42,952 nt of DNA from positions 1 through 42,952 of the forward strand of contig JBDRSZ010000164.1 of the NCBI GenBank assembly GCA_043824415.1. Reading direction: 5' to 3'. Positions 17,087 through 24,661 of this stretch are shown piece after piece; positions within the stretch are counted from its first letter, which is position 1; every line of letters starts with the position of its first letter. The stretch comes from a bacterium. Lineage in GTDB: Bacteria > Zhuqueibacterota > QNDG01 > DSAB01. The notes beneath the pieces are model-generated. The model was given only the letters and a program-made list of their open reading frames with translations. It searched no databases and was not told the origin of the DNA. The translations under genes and the position numbers were made by a program.

Positions 17087-17504
17087 GTCAAAATAGGTTG
17101 CTTCGATGATAAACGTATCCTATTATCCAATGAAGACTTTGTTCTTTTCTTCAGAAGAAAAGAACCCCCGCGTAGCGGGATCAAGCTATTATATGATTTG
17201 ATATTGAAGACAAAAGAACTGGCCTTTTTGCCTGCCCGCCCTGCCTGCGGCAGGCAGGCGGGAATGCCATATTGCATTGTTGATGTAAATTACCTATAAA
17301 TAACTTTTTATCCACCCCTCTCTGCCCCTATGCTTCCCGACGCGTCGACAAGTCGACGCATCGGAAAATGCCCACCCTTTTTTTCGGTTATTCCAATTCA
17401 TCTTGGACAGCGGCTGTCAAAAAGGCCATTTCCCTCTCCCCGTCCCTACTAAAAAACAATCCGAATATGCTGAGCGTCTTGCCTACTATAATCCGTGATG
17501 AACT
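17087..17504 (+). repeat. Copy B of the ~0.4 kb hairpin-rich intergenic repeat
   Basis: Same order of hairpins as copy A. The 81-nt identical core is at about 17139-17219. It carries a 15-nt nested insertion that turns the GC hairpin into CCTGCCCGCCCTGCCTGCGGCAGGCAGGCGGG. Confidence 0.8.
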
Positions 17505-17672
17505 ATAAAAATAGGATTTGAAAAAACCGATTTGTTTGTTAAATTGGGAAAAATTCCGGCTGAAATTGAGCGTGAACTACTTCAAACCCAAGGGCACGAG
17601 CGGATTCACGCTGCCCATCATCGGCCTCTGGTGGAGATTTCAGGGATGAGTTGATTGAGATATTTTTTCCAT

Positions 17673-17712
17673 AAAGAGCAGTGGGCATGTCAGCCAGCTG
17701 CTCTTTTTTCTT
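17673..17712 (+). terminator. Orphan intrinsic-terminator-like hairpin plus T-run with no annotated upstream plus-strand gene
   Basis: AAGAGCAG-16 nt loop-CTGCTCTT is followed by TTTTCTT on the plus strand, about 50 nt before the GNAT start. Confidence 0.4.
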
Positions 17713-17760
17713 GACCATACGATGAAACTCCTTTACCTTCTTGCGGGAGGTGACCGAGAG

Positions 17761-18225
17761 ATGATCGAATTCATCCAAGTCGAATCCAAAGAGCAACTGC
17801 GTTTTGTTCGAGAACTGTTCGACGAGTATGTCGAATCCTTGGGTTTCGAACTCGATTTTCAAGATTACAGGAAAGAGTTCGACGAACTCCCCGGGGAGTT
17901 CGCTCCTTCGGAAGGCAGGCTCGTTTTGGTATTGGTGGATGGACAGTCCGCCGGATGTGTCGGTCTGCGGAGGATGGATGATGCTGTTTGCGAGATGAAA
18001 CGCATGTACGTCCGGCCGGATTTTCGCGGCAGAGGAATCGGGAGAGGCATGGCCGAGCTGCTCATTGAAGAGGCGAGGAAGATCGGCTATAAGACGATGC
18101 GGCTGGATACGATCGATTCAACGCGTGAGGCGATCTCTCTCTATCGGTCTTTGGGATTTCGGGAGATTACGCCGTACCGGTTCAATCCGATGGAGGGGGC
18201 GAAATTTTTTGAATTGGCTTTGTGA
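17761..18225 (+). CDS. GNAT family N-acetyltransferase
   Basis: ORF track 17722..18225. The ATG at 17761 has GGGAGG about 11 nt upstream. The acetyl-CoA motif is MYVRPDFRGRGIGRGMAELLIEEA, and ..LYRSLGF is also present. Confidence 0.88.
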   Translation: MIEFIQVESKEQLRFVRELFDEYVESLGFELDFQDYRKEFDELPGEFAPSEGRLVLVLVDGQSAGCVGLRRMDDAVCEMKRMYVRPDFRGRGIGRGMAELLIEEARKIGYKTMRLDTIDSTREAISLYRSLGFREITPYRFNPMEGAKFFELAL

Positions 18226-18244
18226 GATTGATTGGAGGAAAATT

Positions 18245-18673
18245 ATGGATGAAACTATGGAGAAAAAGAAGAGCGAGTTACAGGCGTCCGTTGGGAAATT
18301 CTGCGATGAATATTTGAACGATGAATATCAGTCTTTATGTGACAAAATTATTTTAAAACTTTCGAGAAAAAGAAATGTGCCGTTTTTATCGGGAAAGATT
18401 GAAATCTGGGCTTCCGCCGTCGTCTGGACGGTTGCACGGATCAATTTTTTATTCGATAAAAACAATGAGTATTTCTTAACAGGGGATGATATTTGTCAAT
18501 TTTTTGGGACGAAAAAAAGTACCGTCGGACAGAAATCCTCGTTCATCGAAAATATATTGAAGATAAAGCTTTTCGATGAGAATTATTGTACACAAGAGCT
18601 GATAGAGCGAAATCCCCTGCGGAGGTTGATGATGATCAACGGCTTCATCGTCCCGAAGGATTTCCTTGAATGA
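18245..18673 (+). CDS. Hypothetical protein (DUF6398-like C-terminal region)
   Basis: ORF track 18065..18673. The ATG at 18245 has GGAGG upstream and lies 19 nt after the GNAT stop. The family call is tentative and from memory of the pattern. Confidence 0.6.
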   Translation: MDETMEKKKSELQASVGKFCDEYLNDEYQSLCDKIILKLSRKRNVPFLSGKIEIWASAVVWTVARINFLFDKNNEYFLTGDDICQFFGTKKSTVGQKSSFIENILKIKLFDENYCTQELIERNPLRRLMMINGFIVPKDFLE

Positions 18674-18692
18674 TATGCATTCAGGCTAAAAA

Positions 18693-18723
18693 CGTGCGAC
18701 GCACTTCGGAAGTGCGCCGCACG
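18693..18723. terminator. GC-rich hairpin between convergent genes (bidirectional terminator or REP-like element)
   Basis: CGTGCGACGCAC-TTCGGAA-GTGCGCCGCACG. It shares the GTGCGACGCAC arm with the hairpin at 28178-28206. Confidence 0.5.
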
Positions 18724-18743
18724 TAATCTTAAGTGAGCTGTTT

Positions 18744-20693
18744 TTACTGTTTCCTCGATTTCGCTGCAACGGTGTAGAGGTACCATCCCAACAGACAGAA
18801 AACGACGGCGGAGACGACCTGGCCGAGCCATTCCGACGGGTAGTGGATTTCTAAATATTTGGGCGACTTTGAGATAATGACTGCGATGACGGCTCGTATG
18901 ACGCCGAGTATACCCACTCCGGCGATGAGACCGGATCCCAGCAGAATGCCTTGATCCTTTCCTCTCTCGATGCCTTCCTTGTCCGCACCGTATTTTTTCT
19001 CGATGAAGTGGCGCAGCATGCCTCCGATGAACACGGGCGTCATCGTGTAGAGGGGCAGGTACATGCCCACAGCGAACGGCAGGGGCGGGATTTTAAAAAG
19101 GACGACCAGGATCGAAAAAGCCGCGCCGATGCCCACGAGGTCCCACCTGAGGTTTCCGTCCAACACTCCGTCCAAGACAGTTTTCATGAGCGTGGCCTGG
19201 GGCGCCGGAAGCTCTTCGCCGCCGAATCCGTAGGCTTTGCCGAGATAATACACTGCGAGACAGACGAAGAACGCCGATCCCACAGCCCCCAAGAGTTCAC
19301 TGATCTGCTGCTTTCTTGGAGTCGCTCCCAGTAAAAATCCCGCTTTCAAATCCTGTGATATGTCTCCGGCGATGGAAGCTGAGATGCACACGATTGTGCC
19401 GATGGTGAGTGCGGTTATCTTGCCGGTCAGATCCGTCCAGCCCAGGAGTTTGAATGCGAGTCCCGTCCCCAGGAGTGTGACGATGGCCATGCCGGAGGTC
19501 GGATTTGAAGAAACACCGATCATGCCAACGATGCGGGAAGACACCGTGACGAAACAAAAAGCGAACAGGGCGATGGCCAAAGCGCTGCAGAACCGCATGA
19601 ACACGAACGTGTTGTTCCCGATGATGCCGGGGATGAACGTGATGAGAAGGACAACGATGGAGACGCCCAAAAGAACGTACTTGATGGAGAGATCGCGTTC
19701 CGTTCGCTTTGTTCCTGCGTCGAGCTGAGCCGCGCTCGAACGAAATTCCCGGATGCCGACTTTCAACGATCCGATCATCGTGGGAATCGACCTGAAAACA
19801 GTGATCAGGCCGGCTGCGGCCACGGCGCCCGCTCCGATGATGCGGATGTATCCATCCCAGATCTGCTTTGGAGTCAGCTCGCCGATGGTCGTGGCGGTCA
19901 AGTTTGAATAGTTTGAGCGGAGGTATTCGAGCGTATTCTGCCAGATTGCCGCGTCGCCGAATTTCCAGGCGATGAAGGGGATGATGAGAACCCAAGAGAC
20001 GAGGCCTCCGCCGACCATGATTGTTCCGATGCGTCGGCCGAGAATGTACCCGACACCCAACAATGCGGGTGAGGTTTCGACGCCCACGACGCCTTTCCGG
20101 AGGAATGGGAGTTTCATGAAAACTTTGTCTGGCCAGAAGTAGAGCAGGGAGATGAGTCCTTGATACAGAGCGCCGATGCCCAGTCCCTTGAATACGTTGG
20201 CCGCTGTCGATCCGCCCTCACTGGAAGCGATGAGGACCTCGGCGGCGGCTGTGCCCTCTGGGTAAGGAAGATTTTGATGTTCCTTGACGATTAAAAAATT
20301 GCGGAGAGGGATCATAAAGAGGACGCCCAGGACTCCACCACACATGGCTAAGAGTGTCATTTGATAGAGGGAGATGTTGTATCCCCAGATGAAGAGGGCG
20401 GGAATCGTGAAGATGATTCCAGAGGCCAGGGAGGAGCTGGCCGATCCGGTGGTCTGAGAGATGTTGCATTCCAAAATCGTGGATTTTCCGAGGATGGGGG
20501 TGAGCATCCTAAGGATTGCCACGGAAACGACAGCCAAGGGTATGGCCGTGCTGATGGTCAGGCCCACGCGCAGTCCCAAATAGGCGTTGGCGCTTCCGAA
20601 GACGGCTCCGAGAATCACACCGAGAATGATGGTTTTTGGGTTGAAATCCCTCATCATCACATCCGCGGGCACGTACGGCTTGTGTTCTTTCAT
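18744..20693 (-). CDS. OPT-family oligopeptide transporter
   Basis: 649 aa with around 16 TM segments. The N-terminus ..FNPKTIILGVILGAVFGSANAYLGLRVGLTISTAIP is typical of bacterial OPT proteins. Confidence 0.88.
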   Translation of the reverse strand: MKEHKPYVPADVMMRDFNPKTIILGVILGAVFGSANAYLGLRVGLTISTAIPLAVVSVAILRMLTPILGKSTILECNISQTTGSASSSLASGIIFTIPALFIWGYNISLYQMTLLAMCGGVLGVLFMIPLRNFLIVKEHQNLPYPEGTAAAEVLIASSEGGSTAANVFKGLGIGALYQGLISLLYFWPDKVFMKLPFLRKGVVGVETSPALLGVGYILGRRIGTIMVGGGLVSWVLIIPFIAWKFGDAAIWQNTLEYLRSNYSNLTATTIGELTPKQIWDGYIRIIGAGAVAAAGLITVFRSIPTMIGSLKVGIREFRSSAAQLDAGTKRTERDLSIKYVLLGVSIVVLLITFIPGIIGNNTFVFMRFCSALAIALFAFCFVTVSSRIVGMIGVSSNPTSGMAIVTLLGTGLAFKLLGWTDLTGKITALTIGTIVCISASIAGDISQDLKAGFLLGATPRKQQISELLGAVGSAFFVCLAVYYLGKAYGFGGEELPAPQATLMKTVLDGVLDGNLRWDLVGIGAAFSILVVLFKIPPLPFAVGMYLPLYTMTPVFIGGMLRHFIEKKYGADKEGIERGKDQGILLGSGLIAGVGILGVIRAVIAVIISKSPKYLEIHYPSEWLGQVVSAVVFCLLGWYLYTVAAKSRKQ

Positions 20694-21066
20694 GGTTTGT
20701 GCTCTCCTTTCGAATCGCTGAATTGAGGAGAATATCCTTCAACCATTAAGAAACGAATTTTTTTGAATAGAATCAAGAAGAAAGAGAGATTTTTTAAAAT
20801 GTGGATTCGATTATTGAGGATAGTGATTCAAAGGAGAAGATCGAGAAGATTTTTTCTGTTTAATAAGCAATTTGATTATTTCAATATCTGCGACTATTTC
20901 CTTGCATTTTCTTCATTTTTATTTATCATTATTCGAAAATACTTTCGATTGTAATTTTTTACCTTTTTTAGCCTTCATTATTGAGCGGGTGTTGGTCTTT
21001 TCGAGGGGAGAGTCGAAAAGTTGAGATACAGTGCAGATTTTTCAATTATCCAATTTGGGCTATTCC

Positions 21067-21444
21067 ATGCGCAGGAAGATAATTCCTTATGATCCTATAT
21101 TGAAGCAGCTTGCCAGGAATTTGAGGAGTAACAGTACGCTTTCTGAAGTGCTGCTGTGGCGACATTTAAAGGGCAGGCAGATGGCGGGGCATGATTTTCA
21201 CCGGCATAAGCCAATCGATCGCTATATCGTAGATTTTTATTGTTCGGAGTTGATGCTCGCTATTGAGGTCGATGGTGACAGCCATGATTTGAAGCAGGAT
21301 GAAGATGCGAAGCGACAAAAGCGGTTGGAATCGCTTGGCGTTCGGTTCCTGCGGTTTCAGGATATTGATGTTAAAAGAAATATGGCGGGTGTGCTTCAGG
21401 TGATCGAGGATTGGATTCGAGAACACACCCCGTCCCGATTCTGA
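21067..21444 (+). CDS. DUF559 (Vsr-like endonuclease fold) domain protein
   Basis: ORF track 21031..21444, ATG at 21067. The segment LRSNSTLSEVLLWRHLKGRQMAGHDFHRHKPIDRYIVDFYCSELMLAIEVDGDSHD..RQKRLESLGVRFLRF is the DUF559 pattern. Confidence 0.85.
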   Translation: MRRKIIPYDPILKQLARNLRSNSTLSEVLLWRHLKGRQMAGHDFHRHKPIDRYIVDFYCSELMLAIEVDGDSHDLKQDEDAKRQKRLESLGVRFLRFQDIDVKRNMAGVLQVIEDWIREHTPSRF

Positions 21445-21576
21445 TATTGTACAAGAGAATAGAGAATCGGGACACCCCTCTTGAGAGGGGATTTAGGGGT
21501 GTGTTGATGTAAATGAAATATCTATTGGTGCATTTACTATGCTGTAATCTGTAGTGCTTGTTAACCTGGAGTTGAT

Positions 21577-22581
21577 ATGGAAAATACGGTTATCATTTTA
21601 GGGGCTGGTGCAAGTGTCGATTATGGTTATCCGACAGGGCTTGAGCTGACTGAGTCAATTAGTGATCATGGGACAATACAGGCGGCTAAAAGGGATTTGG
21701 ACAAACATCGTCAACAGCTACAAAATTATTCACAATTAGCAACTGGACTATCTCGGATTGATGAACATTTTTTCATGTCTCGAGACTTCTCCATTGATTC
21801 ATGGTTGGCGAGAGAAGAGAATAGAATTTGTTCAGAAGCTGGGAAATTCTTAATCACATTATTAATTGCACGCAGAGAAAGAGCTCCATTCACTAGAGAA
21901 AATTTTTTTCGTCTCCAAGGAACCGATAGAACAGAAAGAAGGAATGATTGGTATAGACATCTTTCCAAAGCAATGAAAACAGATACTTTTGGTGAGTTTG
22001 GAGCGATTAATGCAAATCTTACGATAGTCACATTCAATTATGACCGATCACTGGAATACTATCTAATAAATGCAATAAAGCATGGATATCCAGGTCATTC
22101 AGATGAAGATTATAAACGACAATTGAAAAAAATAAATATCTTCCATATCTATGGTCATGTGGGCGAACTACCAGAAATAGGTGATGGGAGGATTGTTCCG
22201 TATGGTGTTCAAACTGATTTTCTTCGAGTGTTAAAAAGATCTGAAGGTTTGAGGATTATCCCGGAACTAAGAGAAGCAGATAATCCTACGATTGGAGAAA
22301 TACGAAATGGAATATCGAAAGCCAGCAATATATTCTTTGTTGGTTTTGGATATGATGCCGAGAATTTAAATTTACTAGGCTTTCCAATCCAGTCGGATCG
22401 TAACGATATAATAAAAATATCAGGGACTTTTTATAAAATGGAAGAAGCGGAAATAGAAATTGCTAAAACGCAAGTAAAGGTAATACATAATAATGGACAA
22501 GCAAGCCAAATAAAACCATACCCAGACTGTGATGCTTATAAATTTTTTCGAAGGGTAGTGATTGGTGCTCTTAATAGCTGA
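21577..22581 (+). CDS. Standalone SIR2-like (SIR2_2-type) domain protein, candidate NAD-consuming defence effector
   Basis: Ordered motifs: IILGAGASVDYGYPTGLEL (Rossmann GAGxS), IVTFNYDRSLE (TNYD-type Asn), IFHIYGHVG (HG-type His), and IFFVGFGYD. GGAG lies about 7 nt upstream of the ATG. The gene is visibly AT-rich relative to lexA next door. Confidence 0.7.
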   Translation: MENTVIILGAGASVDYGYPTGLELTESISDHGTIQAAKRDLDKHRQQLQNYSQLATGLSRIDEHFFMSRDFSIDSWLAREENRICSEAGKFLITLLIARRERAPFTRENFFRLQGTDRTERRNDWYRHLSKAMKTDTFGEFGAINANLTIVTFNYDRSLEYYLINAIKHGYPGHSDEDYKRQLKKINIFHIYGHVGELPEIGDGRIVPYGVQTDFLRVLKRSEGLRIIPELREADNPTIGEIRNGISKASNIFFVGFGYDAENLNLLGFPIQSDRNDIIKISGTFYKMEEAEIEIAKTQVKVIHNNGQASQIKPYPDCDAYKFFRRVVIGALNS

Positions 22582-22596
22582 TTCTTCAAAAACTCC

Positions 22597-22625
22597 TTGA
22601 TTTATACCTGATTTATACCTATATT
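22597..22625 (+). promoter_or_regulatory. Sigma70-like promoter of lexA with tandem 11-mer (TGATTTATACC x2), probable operator
   Basis: TTGATT, a 17-nt spacer, then TATATT. The -10 ends 7 nt before the lexA ATG and there is no SD sequence. The tandem direct repeat covers the -35 and the spacer. Confidence 0.5.
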
Positions 22626-22631
22626 CAAGCC

Positions 22632-23231
22632 ATGAACCTGACAGACAAACAGCAGGCCGTGTATCGGTATCTGCGGGAGTACATCGAGGGCAGGGGGGGG
22701 CCTCCGACGTATGACGAGATTCGGCGTCACTTCGGGTTTCAGTCGTTCCAGTCGGTACAGAAGCATCTTGCCCAGTTGGAGACAAAGGGGTACATTCGCA
22801 TTCCGGAGCGGAACAAAAGCCGGATGATCGCGCTCGTGGAGCACGGCGGAGCGACGGTGGTTCTGCCAATGGCGGGCGTCGTGGCCGCGGGGAGCCCCAT
22901 CGAGGCCATGGAGCAGCGGGAGACGGTAGACGTGCCCGAGGAGATGCTGGGGTCTGGAGACTATTTCGCCCTGAAGGTCCGGGGGAACTCGATGATCGAC
23001 GAGGGGATTGTTGACGGCGACACGATTGTCGTCCAGAGACAAGCATCGGCGGAGAACGGGCAGACGGTGGTGGCCCTCGTAGAGGGCGAGGCCACGGTGA
23101 AGAAGTTCTACCGGCGGAAGGACGGCGTGGAGCTCCGGCCGGCCAACGCAGCGATGGAGTCGATCTTTTTGCGCGGTGGGGAGCTGGTCATCCGGGGCGT
23201 GGTCGTCGGGCTTTTGCGGAAGTATCGTTAA
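22632..23231 (+). CDS. lexA: LexA repressor (S24 peptidase)
   Basis: Winged-helix N-terminus LTDKQQAVYRYLREYI..PPTYDEIRRHFGF.SFQSVQKHLAQLETKGYI, cleavage site VAAG, catalytic Ser in GNSM and Lys in TVKKFY. Confidence 0.95.
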   Translation: MNLTDKQQAVYRYLREYIEGRGGPPTYDEIRRHFGFQSFQSVQKHLAQLETKGYIRIPERNKSRMIALVEHGGATVVLPMAGVVAAGSPIEAMEQRETVDVPEEMLGSGDYFALKVRGNSMIDEGIVDGDTIVVQRQASAENGQTVVALVEGEATVKKFYRRKDGVELRPANAAMESIFLRGGELVIRGVVVGLLRKYR

Positions 23232-23254
23232 TGGAACACGGATTGAACGGATCA

Positions 23255-23430
23255 GAGATAAATCCGAAATTCGAATATCGAAGCACGAAACAAATTCGAA
23301 ATTCAAATGACCAAATATCAAAACACAGCACAGCCTCATCACTTCATCCAGTACCCAGTTTTGAACATTGGGATTTTTATCGTTTGAATTTGTTTCGAGT
23401 TTAGGATTTCGTGCTTTGAATTTTTTTCAC
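23255..23430. repeat. Long imperfect palindrome (MITE-like) in the lexA-imuB spacer
   Basis: The left arm AAATCCGAAATTCGAATATCGAAGCACGAAACAAATTCGAAATTCAAATGACC pairs with the right arm ..TTTGAATTTGTTTCGAGTTTAGGATTTCGTGCTTTGAATTT. Its outer flanks ACACGGATT (about 23236) and AGATCTGTTTCGT (about 23440) recur close together at about 33166-33204. Confidence 0.6.
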
Positions 23431-23456
23431 GGTTCCGTGAAGATCTGTTTCGTCTG

Positions 23457-24653
23457 TTGGATCCTGTTCTATTCTTATATGGACCGATGAATCGAAGTGT
23501 TCTACATCTTCGCGTGGACGGGTTTCCCGTGGCCGTCGAGCGGCTGCGGGATTCGTCTCTCAGGGGCATGCCCGTCGTCGTTTGCGCCAGGCACTCGCCC
23601 CGGTCGCTCATCTTTTCGGCCTCCCGCGAGGCCCGGGCCGAAGGCATTTGGGAAGGCATTCCCCTGACGAAGGCGCTCCAGAGGTGCAGGCGCCTCGTCG
23701 TGCTGTCTCCCGACGAAAATCTCTACCGGAAGGCGGCCGACGGAATCTCTCAGATTCTGGGGATGTACTCGCCCCTGGTAGAGTCGGGCCGCTGGGGTCG
23801 TTTTTATGTGGACATGACGGGAACGGGTCGGATTTTCGGCGGCGCTCAGGATTCGGCCTTCCGCATCCGGCGGGAGGTGCTGGGCACTCTGAATTTGGGG
23901 AGCACGCTGGGCATCGGGTCGAACAAGCTGGTGAGCGGCGTGGCAGCCCGGGTGGTGGAGACGCACGGCGATCTGTATGCGGTGCCTTCCGGGAGCGAGG
24001 CGTCGTTCCTGGCCCCGCTGGGAGTTCGGGTGCTGCCGGCCGTGAAGGATAAGAAGGACCGGATTTTGCTTGAAGAACTCAACATCCGGCTGGTGCGTGA
24101 GCTGGCGGCCCTGTCGATTCTCCAGCTTACCGTGGTTTTTCAGAAGCGCGGCATCCTCCTCTATCGGCAGTCTCGGGGTATTGACGACAGTCCGGTGCGG
24201 CCGCCGGATTCCAAGCCGTTTGTCTTAGAGGAGGCAACGCTGGCGGAGGATACGAATGACGACGGAATCCTCCTCGGCGTGCTCTATGGGATGACGGAGC
24301 GGGCGTGCCGGAGGATGCGGGGGAAGGGGGTTCTGCCTCGGACGATCTGGCTTCATATTCGACATACAGACGGGATGGACATCACGCGGCGGCTCGGGAT
24401 CAAGAAACCTGTAAACACCGATCCGATTCTTTTCGGAGAGGTCGAGCCGTTTTTCCTCAAAACCTGCTTCCGGCGGCAGCGTGTGCGGTACATGAGCGTG
24501 ACGTTCACGGATTTGATGTTTCCGTCGGCGCAGACGGACCTGCTGGAGCCGCTTTCGCAGCCGTTGAAGGAGGAGTCCTTGGTGGCGGCGCTGGACCGAA
24601 TTCGGACGAAATTTGGAGATAGGTCTGTGTATTGGGGGAGGTTGTCAAATTAA
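23457..24653 (+). CDS. imuB: Y-family DNA polymerase homologue, ImuB-like (catalytic carboxylates apparently lost)
   Basis: ORF track start 23457; an alternative ATG lies at 23487 (MNRSVLHLRVDGF). The fold pattern VDGFPVAVE..PVVVC..AREARAEGIW.G.P is Y-family. Aligned by eye to DinB, DMDCFFAAVE becomes RVDGFPVAVE and SIDEAFLD becomes RWGRFYVD. The gene sits between lexA and dnaE2. Confidence 0.8.
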   Translation: MDPVLFLYGPMNRSVLHLRVDGFPVAVERLRDSSLRGMPVVVCARHSPRSLIFSASREARAEGIWEGIPLTKALQRCRRLVVLSPDENLYRKAADGISQILGMYSPLVESGRWGRFYVDMTGTGRIFGGAQDSAFRIRREVLGTLNLGSTLGIGSNKLVSGVAARVVETHGDLYAVPSGSEASFLAPLGVRVLPAVKDKKDRILLEELNIRLVRELAALSILQLTVVFQKRGILLYRQSRGIDDSPVRPPDSKPFVLEEATLAEDTNDDGILLGVLYGMTERACRRMRGKGVLPRTIWLHIRHTDGMDITRRLGIKKPVNTDPILFGEVEPFFLKTCFRRQRVRYMSVTFTDLMFPSAQTDLLEPLSQPLKEESLVAALDRIRTKFGDRSVYWGRLSN

Positions 24654-24661
24654 GAAAACTA

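Noticed and set aside
17539-17862. 107-aa minus-strand ORF overlapping the GNAT gene start
   Set aside because: Its N-terminal half is antisense to the well-supported GNAT gene. Only the distal 59 codons (17539-17718) could be independent, and those have no supporting motifs. They are mentioned under the orphan-terminator finding only.
20763-20954. 63-aa ORF in the AT-rich region upstream of the OPT transporter
   Set aside because: It is a low-complexity Arg/Phe/Ile-rich translation of AT-rich promoter DNA with no RBS. This is more likely the regulatory region of the divergent genes.
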